Virus record (IMG/VR): IMGVR_UViG_2802429235_000008
Strand: one strand, 5' to 3'
Length of the DNA stretch: 18,224 nt
Origin: a virus
Taxonomy: Duplodnaviria > Heunggongvirae > Uroviricota > Caudoviricetes
The translations under genes and the position numbers were made by a program. Positions 1-10,449 of the stretch are shown in pieces (the stretch's first letter is position 1; each line of letters opens with the position of its first letter). Below the pieces are notes generated by a model. That model worked only from the letters and a program-made list of their open reading frames with translations. It searched no databases and was not told the origin of the DNA.

Positions 1-216
1 ATGAAATCCATGGACAAGTTAACAACGGGCATTGCCTACGGCACCTCTGCAGGCAGTGCTGGCTACTGGTTTTTACAGTGGCTTGATCAGGTCAGTCCGT
101 CACAGTGGGCGGCGATTGGAGTGCTTGGAAGCCTTGTGTTGGGTTTTCTCACTTATCTGACAAACCTTTATTTCAAGATTAAAGAAGATAAGCGTAAGGC
201 TGCGAGAGGTGAATAA
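1..216 (+). CDS. S: Class II holin (pinholin), phage 21 S-type, 71 aa
   Basis: ATG start at 1, stop TAA 214-216. Translation begins MKSM (Met1-Lys2-Ser3-Met4 dual-start motif). Two hydrophobic segments: a Gly/Ala/Ser-rich TMD1 ([19 protein letters not shown]) and TMD2 ([23 protein letters not shown]), then a charged C-terminus. Recognised from memory as near-identical to phage 21 S. Its RBS lies upstream of the window. Confidence 0.85.
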   Translation: MKSMDKLTTGIAYGTSAGSAGYWFLQWLDQVSPSQWAAIGVLGSLVLGFLTYLTNLYFKIKEDKRKAARGE

Positions 217-713
217 TGTCGCCATCATTACGCAAGGCTGTAGCAGCTGCTATTGGTGGTGGGGCTGTTGCCATAGCGTCTGTGCTCATCACTGGTCCGA
301 GTGGTGACGATGGTCTGGAAGGTGTCAGCTACATACCATATAAAGATATCGTTGGCGTATGGACTGTATGTTACGGGCACACCGGAAAAGACATTATGCT
401 CGGTAAAACGTATACCGAAGCAGAATGCAAAACCCTCCTGAATAAAGACCTTGCCACGGTCGCCAGACAAATTAACCCGTACATCAAAGTCGATATACCG
501 GAAACAACGCGCGGTGCTCTTTACTCGTTCGTTTACAACGTGGGTGCTGGAAATTTCAGAACATCGACGCTTCTTCGCAAAATAAACCAGGGCGATATCA
601 AAGGCGTATGTGATCAGCTACGTCGCTGGACATACGCTGGCGGTAAGCAATGGAAAGGCCTGATGACTCGCCGTGAGATTGAGCGTGAAATCTGTTTGTG
701 GGGGCAGAAATGA
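216..713 (+). CDS. R: SAR endolysin, T4-lysozyme-like muramidase, 165 aa
   Basis: ATG at 216 overlaps the S stop (TAATG). N-terminal Gly/Ala-rich signal-anchor-release segment ([20 protein letters not shown]) followed by a Glu35/Asp44/Thr50 catalytic triad in the spacing expected for phage 21 R. Stop TGA 711-713. Confidence 0.85.
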   Translation: MSPSLRKAVAAAIGGGAVAIASVLITGPSGDDGLEGVSYIPYKDIVGVWTVCYGHTGKDIMLGKTYTEAECKTLLNKDLATVARQINPYIKVDIPETTRGALYSFVYNVGAGNFRTSTLLRKINQGDIKGVCDQLRRWTYAGGKQWKGLMTRREIEREICLWGQK

Positions 714-1171
714 GCAGAGTAACCGCGATTATCTCCGCTCTGGTTATCTGCATCATCGTCAGCCTGTCATGGGCAGTCAATTATTACCGTGATAACGCCA
801 TCTCCTACAAAGACCAGCGCGATAAAGCGAAGGAAAAACTCAGCCAGGCGAACGCCACCATTACTGACATGCAGCAGCGCCAGCGTGATGTTGCTGCACT
901 GGATGAAAAATACACGAAGGAGTTAGCTAATGCGAAAGCTGAAAATGATGCTCTGCGTGATGATGTTGCCGCTGGTCGTCGTCGGTTGCACATCAAAGCA
1001 GTCTGTCAGTCAGTGCGTGAAGCCACCACCGCCTCCGGCGTGGATAATGCAGCCTCCCCCCGACTGGCAGACACCGCTGAACGGGATTATTTCACCCTCA
1101 GAGAGAGGCTGATCACTATGCAAAAACAACTGGAAGGAACCCAGAAGTATATTAATGAGCAGTGCAGATAG
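710..1171 (+). CDS. Rz: Spanin inner-membrane subunit (i-spanin), 153 aa
   Basis: ATG at 710 overlaps the R stop (ATGA). N-terminal TMD ([20 protein letters not shown]), coiled-coil-like periplasmic region, C-terminus ...QKYINEQCR matches lambda Rz from memory. The ORF track extends to a GTG at 698, but the ATG at 710 gives the lambda-length product. Confidence 0.85.
   Translation: MSRVTAIISALVICIIVSLSWAVNYYRDNAISYKDQRDKAKEKLSQANATITDMQQRQRDVAALDEKYTKELANAKAENDALRDDVAAGRRRLHIKAVCQSVREATTASGVDNAASPRLADTAERDYFTLRERLITMQKQLEGTQKYINEQCR
930..1112 (+). CDS. Rz1: Spanin outer-membrane lipoprotein subunit (o-spanin), 60 aa, embedded in Rz
   Basis: ATG at 930 in the +1 frame of Rz with AAGGAG about 7 nt upstream. 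Signal peptide with lipobox (LVVVGC), and a proline-rich mature region ([15 protein letters not shown]). Confidence 0.8.
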   Translation: MRKLKMMLCVMMLPLVVVGCTSKQSVSQCVKPPPPPAWIMQPPPDWQTPLNGIISPSERG

Positions 1172-1174
1172 AGC

Positions 1175-1192
1175 TGCCCATATCGATGGGCA
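1175..1192. terminator. Hairpin between convergent Rz and bor (7-bp stem TGCCCAT/ATGGGCA, 4-nt loop)
   Basis: Inverted repeat read directly from sequence between the Rz stop (1171) and bor stop (1203). No strong U-tract on either strand, so terminator function is uncertain. Confidence 0.3.
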
Positions 1193-1202
1193 ACTCATGC
1201 AA

Positions 1203-1496
1203 TTATTGTGAGCAATACACACGCGCTTCCAGCGGAGTATAAATGCCTAAAGTAATAAAACCGAGCAATCCATTTACGAATGTTTGCTGGGTTTCTGTTT
1301 TAACAACATTTTCTGCGCCGCCACAAATTTTGGCTGCATCAACAGTTTTCTCCTGTCCAATTCCCGAAACGAAGAAGTGATGGGTGATGGTTTCCTTTGG
1401 TGTTACTGCTGTCGGTTTGTTTCCAACAGTAAACGTCTGTTGAGCACATCCTGTAATAAGCATTGCCAGAGCGGCAGAAAACAACATTTTTTTCAT
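1203..1496 (-). CDS. bor: Bor outer-membrane lipoprotein (serum-resistance moron), 97 aa
   Basis: Reverse-strand ORF. Start chosen at the ATG giving MKKMLFSAALAMLITGC (signal peptide plus LITGC lipobox) with AGGA about 9 nt upstream on the mRNA. Length equals lambda Bor (97 aa) and the C-terminus ...LEARVYCSQ matches from memory. The ORF track extends to 1544 but the upstream codons lack an RBS. Confidence 0.85.
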   Translation of the reverse strand: MKKMLFSAALAMLITGCAQQTFTVGNKPTAVTPKETITHHFFVSGIGQEKTVDAAKICGGAENVVKTETQQTFVNGLLGFITLGIYTPLEARVYCSQ

Positions 1497-1660
1497 CTTA
1501 TTATCCTGCATTGTTAAAAACGGCAGAATCCTATGTGACAACAATTAAACGATAGTTAAATGGATTGATGAAAATTAAAACTATATAGGTGGATGCTCAG
1601 CCTATTGGAGGAGGGGGGCACTCAGAATCCTGTGGAATGAAATAAACCGCTCTTTCTGTC
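1497..1660 (-). promoter_or_regulatory. AT-rich region upstream of bor, probable bor promoter region
   Basis: Visibly AT-rich stretch immediately 5' of bor on the reverse strand. Bor is known to be expressed independently in lysogens. I could not pin unambiguous -35/-10 hexamers by eye. Confidence 0.25.
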
Positions 1661-1662
1661 CA

Positions 1663-1857
1663 TTACCCTTTTAGCTGCGCTGTATCGTCGCCGTATTCCT
1701 GCATTAACCATGACCGTAGCCCGACGGGGAATTCCTTCTGCGTGAGTGTGTGGGAATAATCAAAAACGATGCACACCGGGTTTTTACCGCGTTTATGATT
1801 CGCGGGTTTGTCCCTCATGCTCGCCAGCCCTGTGCGAGGGTGGAAGAAACAGGGCAT
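1663..1857 (-). CDS. Hypothetical small protein (64 aa from internal ATG), possibly a gene remnant
   Basis: Reverse-strand ORF; the track's 74-aa version starts at GTG 1887. No convincing SD before either start and no motif I recognise. This position in related prophages is occupied by a longer reverse-strand gene, so it may be a fragment. Confidence 0.2.
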   Translation of the reverse strand: MPCFFHPRTGLASMRDKPANHKRGKNPVCIVFDYSHTLTQKEFPVGLRSWLMQEYGDDTAQLKG

Positions 1858-1910
1858 GTATTCAGGAGCGTGCGACCGTGGTCGCACGGTATCTTTGTCA
1901 GGAGGTTTTG

Positions 1911-2021
1911 ATGAAAGAGTCGCATAAATTTAATTCAATAATGGAACGATTCAGTGCTCCTGAGCGAGAGGCTTACAACATGCATTCATTGAGTGCCTGT
2001 TGTAATATCGCCAAATATTAA
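1911..2021 (+). CDS. Hypothetical small protein (36 aa)
   Basis: ATG at 1911 preceded by GGAGG (1902-1906). In frame with an upstream GTG at 1878 that has its own AGGAG (1863-1867). No recognisable domain. Confidence 0.3.
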   Translation: MKESHKFNSIMERFSAPEREAYNMHSLSACCNIAKY

Positions 2022-2153
2022 TCAGGTGCGCGAGATGTCGGCTAATACTGACCCTGACGAAATGTGGCGCTGCTTTAATCTGAAAGATGGTGCAGACGAC
2101 CTGTAGTTCGCATCCATTCCTGATTACCCTATTCAAGTTGATGAGACAGAAAC

Positions 2154-2399
2154 ATGACAGCAGCTAAAGAGCAGATTGAATATGAGCTAAATGAATTCTT
2201 CGCGTCCGCCCTTGGTGATGTGTTTAAAAGTTGCCGACTGGCTGAAAGCGTATCGGATTACCAGATCTCTACTGTTAGTTTTCCAACGGAAAAAAACGCC
2301 TGGCTGGAGCTAGGTGAATTACCCGTGATTATCGAGTTGTCTAACGGACGTCGCTTTGAGATTAGTGCGTCTGAATGGTTGCAAATCACACCGCTTTAA
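2154..2399 (+). CDS. Hypothetical protein (81 aa), acidic, no recognised domain
   Basis: ATG at 2154, clean 81-codon ORF ending 76 nt before cosN, weak GAGA-type SD. Located in the bor-to-cos accessory segment. Confidence 0.4.
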   Translation: MTAAKEQIEYELNEFFASALGDVFKSCRLAESVSDYQISTVSFPTEKNAWLELGELPVIIELSNGRRFEISASEWLQITPL

Positions 2400-2474
2400 A
2401 TTAAGCCCGCAGCCCACCTTGGCTACTGGCATTCGCTAGTAGCTGGGTCCTTTCCAGCGATCCGGCAGGCTACG

Positions 2475-2486
2475 GGGCGGAAGGCG
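2475..2486. other. cosN: cosN, putative 12-nt cohesive-end core
   Basis: Flanks align to the lambda cos region as I recall it (TACG | 12 nt | CGCGGGTTTTCGCTATTTATGAAAATTTTCCGG). The 12 nt between them here read GGGCGGAAGGCG. Confidence 0.6.
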
Positions 2487-2519
2487 CGCGGGTTTTCGCT
2501 ATTTATGAAAATTTTCCGG

Positions 2520-2641
2520 TTTAAGGCGTTTCCGTTCTTCTTCGCCGTAACCTAATGTTTTTATTTAAAACACCCTATGAAAAGAAAGGAAACGACAGGT
2601 GCTGAAAACGAACTTTTGGGCCTCTGTCGTTTCCTTTCTCT
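2520..2641. promoter_or_regulatory. cosB: cosB: terminase small-subunit binding elements R3, R2, R1 around an IHF-site region
   Basis: CGTTTCC-type R elements: R3 near 2526-2537 (GCGTTTCCGTTC), R2 2588-2599 (GGAAACGACAGG) and R1 2621-2634 (CCTCTGTCGTTTCC). R2 and R1 are part of a near-perfect inverted repeat (2581-2599 vs 2624-2641) with an AT-rich stretch between R3 and R2, as in lambda cosB. Confidence 0.7.
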
Positions 2642-2663
2642 GTTTTGGGCCGTGGAATGAACA

Positions 2664-3183
2664 ATGGAAGTCAACAAAAAGCAGCTGGCTGACATTTTCG
2701 GTGCGAGTATCCGTATCATTCAGAACTGGCAGGAACAGGGAATGCCCGTTCTGCGAGGCGGTGGCAAGGGTAATGAGGTGCTTTATGACTCTGCCGCCGT
2801 TATAAAATGGTATGCCGAAAGGGATGCTGAAATTGAGAACGAAAAGCTGCGCCGGGAAGTTGAAGAACTGCGGCAGGCCAGCGAGACAGATCTCCAGCCA
2901 GGGACTATTGAGTACGAACGTCATCGACTTACGCGTGCGCAGGCCGACGCACAGGAGCTGAAAAATGCCAGAGACTCCGCTGAGGTGGTGGAAACCGCAT
3001 TCTGTACTTTCGTGCTGTCGCGGATCGCAGGTGAAATTGCCAGTATTCTCGACGGGATCCCCCTGTCGGTGCAGCGGCGTTTTCCTGAACTGGAAAACCG
3101 ACATGTTGATTTCCTGAAACGGGATATCATCAAAGCCATGAACAAAGCAGCCGCGCTGGATGAACTGATACCGGGGTTGCTGA

Positions 3184-3209
<26 letters not shown>
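2664..3209 (+). CDS. nu1: Terminase small subunit, 181 aa
   Basis: ATG at 2664. Protein recognised as lambda gpNu1 (MEVNKKQLADIFGAS...), with the N-terminal DNA-binding region and a P-loop-like VLRGGGKG. Length identical to lambda Nu1. Confidence 0.95.
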
Positions 3210-6890
<3,681 letters not shown>

Positions 6891-6910
<20 letters not shown>

Positions 6911-8210
6911 TCTCCCGCATATTGCCAGCATGGCCTTTAATGAGCCGCTGATGCTTGAACCCGCCTATTCGCGGGTTTTCTTTTGTGCGCTTGCAGGCCA
7001 GCTTGGGATCAGCCGCCTGACGGATGCGGTGTCCGGCGACAGCCTGACTGCCGGAGAGGCACCCGCGACGCTGGCGTTAGCCGGTGATGGTGACGGACCA
7101 CGACAGGCCCGCAGTTATCAGGTCATGAACGGCATCGCCGTGCTGCCGGTGTCCGGTACGCTGGTCAGCCGGACGCGGGCGCTGCAGCCTTATTCGGGGA
7201 TGACCGGTTACAACGGCATTATCGCCCGTCTGCAACAGGCTGCCAGTGACCCGATGGTGGACGGCATTCTGCTCGATATGGACACGCCCGGCGGAATGGT
7301 GGCAGGGGCATTTGACTGCGCTGACATCATCGCCCGTGCGCGTGACATAAAACCTGTATGGGCGCTGGCCAACGACATGAACTGCAGTGCAGGTCAGCTG
7401 CTTGCCAGCGCCGCCTCCCGGCGTCTGGTCACGCAGACCGCCCGGACAGGCTCCATCGGCGTCATGATGGCTCACAGTAATTACGGTGCTGCGCTGGAGA
7501 AACAGGGCGTGGAAATCACGCTGATTTACAGCGGCAGCCATAAGGTGGATGGCAACCCCTACAGCCATCTTCCGGATGACGTCCGGGAGACACTGCAGTC
7601 CCGGATGGACGCAACCCGCCAGATGTTTGCGCAGAAGGTGTCGGCATATACCGGCCTGTCCGTGCAGGCTGTGCTGGATACAGAGGCTGCAGTGTACAGC
7701 GGTCAGGAGGCCATTGATGCCGGACTGGCTGATGAACTTGTTAACAGCACCGATGCGATCACCGTCATGCGTGATGCACTGGATGCACGTAAATCCCGTC
7801 TCTCAGGAGGGCGAATGACCAAAGAGACTCAATCAACAACTGTTTCAGCCACTGCTTCGCAGGCTGACGTTACTGACGTGGTGCCAGCGACGGAGGGCGA
7901 AAACGCCAGCGCGGCGCAACCGGACGTGAACGCGCAGATCACCGCAGCGGTTGCGGCAGAAAACAGCCGCATTATGGGGATCCTCAACTGTGAGGAGGCT
8001 CACGGACGCGAAGAACAGGCGCGCGTTCTGGCAGAAACCCCCGGAATGACCGTGGACACGGCCCGCCGCATTCTGGCCGCAGCACCACAGAGTGCACAGG
8101 CGCGCAGTGATACTGCGCTGGATCGTCTGATGCAGGGGGCACCGGCACCGCTGGCTGCAGGTAACCCGGCATCTGATGCCGTTAACGATTTGCTGAACAC
8201 ACCAGTGTAA
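6891..8210 (+). CDS. C: Capsid assembly (prohead) protease / scaffold protein C, 439 aa
   Basis: GTG start at 6891, 20 nt inside the B 3' end, preceded by GAGGAGGAGAAGA. Length equals lambda gpC. The ORF-track start at 6777 is just open frame overlapping B. Confidence 0.9.
7605..8210 (+). CDS. nu3: Scaffolding protein Nu3, nested in frame within the 3' part of C (201 aa)
   Basis: In-frame internal ATG at 7605 (MDATRQMFAQKV...) at the position equivalent to lambda nu3; shares the C stop. Called by homology of arrangement; I see no strong SD by eye. Confidence 0.7.
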   Translation: MDATRQMFAQKVSAYTGLSVQAVLDTEAAVYSGQEAIDAGLADELVNSTDAITVMRDALDARKSRLSGGRMTKETQSTTVSATASQADVTDVVPATEGENASAAQPDVNAQITAAVAAENSRIMGILNCEEAHGREEQARVLAETPGMTVDTARRILAAAPQSAQARSDTALDRLMQGAPAPLAAGNPASDAVNDLLNTPV

Positions 8211-8219
8211 GGGATGTTT

Positions 8220-8552
8220 ATGACGAGCAAAGAAACCTTTACCCATTACCAGCCGCTGGGCAACAGTGACCCGGCTCATACCGCAACCGCGCCCGGCGGA
8301 TTGAGTGCGACAGCGCCTGCAATGACCCCGCTGATGCTGGACACCTCCACCCGTAAGCTGGTTGCATGGGATGGCACCACCGACGGTGCTGCCGTTGGCA
8401 TTCTGGCGGTTGCTGCTGACCAGACCAGCAACACGCTGACGTTCTACAAGTCCGGCACGTTCCGTTATGAGGATGTGCTCTGGCCGGAGGCTGCCAGCGA
8501 CGAGACGAAAAAACGAACCGCGTTTGCCGGAACGGCAATCAGCATCGTTTAA
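8220..8552 (+). CDS. D: Head decoration protein D, 110 aa
   Basis: ATG 8220 ([12 protein letters not shown]...) with a GGGA SD; 110 aa as in lambda gpD. The ATG at 8214 is too close to the SD. Confidence 0.9.
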   Translation: MTSKETFTHYQPLGNSDPAHTATAPGGLSATAPAMTPLMLDTSTRKLVAWDGTTDGAAVGILAVAADQTSNTLTFYKSGTFRYEDVLWPEAASDETKKRTAFAGTAISIV

Positions 8553-8569
8553 CTTTACCCTTCATCACT

Positions 8570-8595
8570 AAAGGCCGCCTGTGCGGCTTTTTTTA
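8570..8595 (+). terminator. Intrinsic-terminator-like hairpin plus T-run between D and E
   Basis: GGCCGC-CTGT-GCGGC stem-loop (8573-8587) immediately followed by TTTTTTT (8588-8594), read directly from sequence. Confidence 0.55.
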
Positions 8596-8607
8596 CGGGA
8601 TTTTTTT

Positions 8608-9633
8608 ATGTCGATGTACACAACCGCCCAGCTGCTGGCGGCAAATGAGCAGAAATTTAAGTTTGATCCGCTGTTTCTGCGTCTCTTTTTCCGTGAGAGC
8701 TATCCCTTCACCACGGAGAAGGTCTATCTCTCACAAATTCCTGGACTGGTAAACATGGCGCTGTACGTTTCGCCGATTGTTTCCGGTGAGGTTATCCGCT
8801 CCCGTGGCGGCTCCACCTCTGAATTTACGCCGGGATATGTCAAACCCAAGCATGAAGTGAATCCGCAGATGACCCTGCGTCGCCTGCCGGATGAAGATCC
8901 GCAGAATCTGGCGGACCCGGCTTACCGTCGCCGTCGCATCATCATGCAGAACATGCGTGATGAAGAGCTGGCCATTGCCCAGGTCGAAGAGATGCAGGCA
9001 GTTTCTGCCGTGCTTAAAGGCAAATACACCATGACCGGTGAAGCCTTCGATCCGGTTGAGGTGGATATGGGCCGCAGTGCGGCGAATAACATCACGCAGT
9101 CCGGCGGCACGGAGTGGAGCAAGCGTGACAAGTCCACGTATGACCCGACCGACGATATCGAAGCCTACGCGCTGAACGCCAGCGGTGTGGTGAATATCAT
9201 CGTGTTTGATCCGAAAGGCTGGGCGCTGTTCCGTTCCTTCAAAGCCGTCAAGGAGAAGCTGGATACCCGTCGTGGCTCTCATTCCGAGCTGGAGACAGCG
9301 GTGAAAGACCTGGGTAAAGCGGTGTCCTATAAGGGGATGTATGGCGATGTGGCCATCGTCGTGTATTCCGGACAGTACGTGGAAAACGGCGTCAAAAAGA
9401 ACTTCCTGCCGGACAACACGATGGTGCTGGGGAACACTCAGGCACGCGGTCTGCGCACCTATGGCTGCATTCAGGATGCGGACGCACAGCGCGAAGGCAT
9501 TAACGCCTCTGCCCGTTACCCGAAAAACTGGGTGACCACCGGCGATCCGGCGCGTGAGTTCACCATGATTCAGTCAGCACCGCTGATGCTGCTGGCTGAC
9601 CCTGATGAGTTCGTGTCCGTACAACTGGCGTAA
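8608..9633 (+). CDS. E: Major capsid protein E, 341 aa
   Basis: ATG 8608 (MSMYTTAQLLAANEQKF...); 341 aa; C-terminus ...DPDEFVSVQLA matches lambda gpE from memory. The ORF-track start at 8581 is a GTG inside the terminator. Confidence 0.95.
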   Translation: MSMYTTAQLLAANEQKFKFDPLFLRLFFRESYPFTTEKVYLSQIPGLVNMALYVSPIVSGEVIRSRGGSTSEFTPGYVKPKHEVNPQMTLRRLPDEDPQNLADPAYRRRRIIMQNMRDEELAIAQVEEMQAVSAVLKGKYTMTGEAFDPVEVDMGRSAANNITQSGGTEWSKRDKSTYDPTDDIEAYALNASGVVNIIVFDPKGWALFRSFKAVKEKLDTRRGSHSELETAVKDLGKAVSYKGMYGDVAIVVYSGQYVENGVKKNFLPDNTMVLGNTQARGLRTYGCIQDADAQREGINASARYPKNWVTTGDPAREFTMIQSAPLMLLADPDEFVSVQLA

Positions 9634-9674
9634 TCATGGCCCTTCGGAGCCATTGTCTCTCTGTGGAGAAGTCC

Positions 9675-10073
9675 ATGACGAAAGATGAACTGATTGCCCG
9701 TCTCCGCTCGCTGGGTGAACAACTGAACCGTGATGTCAGCCTGACGGGGACGAAAGAAGAACTGGCGCTCCGTGTGGCAGAGCTGGAAGAGGAGCTTGAT
9801 GACACGGATGACACTGCCGGTCAGGACACCCCTCTCAGCCCGGAAAATGTGCTGACCGGGCATGAAAATGAGGTGGTATCAGCGCAGCCGGACACCATGA
9901 TTCAGGATGCGGCTGAACTGGTCACGGTCGTGGCAATGGTGACGCTGCATACTGATGCACTTCACGCCACGCGGGATGAACCTGTGGCATTTGTGCTGCC
10001 GGGAACGGCGTTTCGTGTCTCTGCCGGTGTGGCAGCCGAAATGACAGAACGTGGCCTGACCAGAATGCAATAA
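9675..10073 (+). CDS. FI: DNA packaging accessory protein FI, 132 aa
   Basis: ATG 9675 with GGAGAAG SD (MTKDELIARLRSLGEQ...); acidic linker (EELEEELDDTDDT); 132 aa as in lambda gpFI. Confidence 0.9.
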   Translation: MTKDELIARLRSLGEQLNRDVSLTGTKEELALRVAELEEELDDTDDTAGQDTPLSPENVLTGHENEVVSAQPDTMIQDAAELVTVVAMVTLHTDALHATRDEPVAFVLPGTAFRVSAGVAAEMTERGLTRMQ

Positions 10074-10084
10074 CGGGAGGCGCT

Positions 10085-10438
10085 GTGGCTGATTTCGATA
10101 ACCTGTTCGATGCTGCCATTGCCCGCGCCGATGAAACGATACGCGGGTACATGGGAACGTCAGCCACCATTACATCCGGTGAGCAGTCAGGTGCGGTGAT
10201 ACGTGGTGTTTTTGATGACCCTGAAAATATCAGCTATGCCGGACAGGGCGTGCGCGTTGAAGGCTCCAGCCCGTCCCTGTTTGTCCGGACTGATGAGGTG
10301 CGGCAGCTGCGGCGTGGAGACACGCTGACCATCGGTGAGGAAAATTTCTGGGTAGATCGGGTTTCGCCGGATGATGGCGGAAGCTGTCATCTCTGGCTTG
10401 GACGGGGCGTACCGCCTGCCGTTAACCGTCGCCGCTGA
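10085..10438 (+). CDS. FII: Head-tail connector protein FII, 117 aa
   Basis: GTG start at 10085 with GGGAGG about 4 nt upstream; (M)ADFDNLFDAAIARADETIRGYMG...; 117 aa as in lambda gpFII. Confidence 0.9.
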   Translation: MADFDNLFDAAIARADETIRGYMGTSATITSGEQSGAVIRGVFDDPENISYAGQGVRVEGSSPSLFVRTDEVRQLRRGDTLTIGEENFWVDRVSPDDGGSCHLWLGRGVPPAVNRRR

Positions 10439-10449
10439 AAGGGGGATGT

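Noticed and set aside
698-709. Upstream GTG start for Rz (ORF-track start 698)
   Set aside because: The ATG at 710 overlapping the R stop gives the lambda-length 153-aa product; the extension adds MGAE with no support.
1497-1544. Longer Bor starting at upstream codons (ORF-track start 1544, or ATG at 1511)
   Set aside because: Neither has a usable SD; the ATG at 1496 has AGGA at the right spacing and gives a signal peptide with lipobox at the correct distance and the known 97-aa length.
1601-1620. G-rich run (GGAGGAGGGGGGCA), considered as a possible G-quadruplex or slippery tract
   Set aside because: Only one short G-run with no repeats of it; insufficient for a G4 and not within a coding frame of interest.
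2565-3104. 179-aa reverse-strand ORF antisense to cosB and nu1
   Set aside because: It overlaps a confidently identified + strand gene and the cos site, has no RBS, and is the kind of open antisense frame expected in GC-rich coding DNA.
7077-7568. 163-aa reverse-strand ORF inside C
   Set aside because: Antisense to C/nu3; no independent support.
8581-8607. Extended E ORF from GTG 8581; likewise FI from 9636 and V from 11398
   Set aside because: These extensions start inside terminator or intergenic sequence or the preceding gene, lack an SD, and the internal ATGs reproduce the known lambda protein N-termini and lengths.
8731-9282. 183-aa reverse-strand ORF inside E
   Set aside because: Antisense to the major capsid gene; no RBS; spurious.
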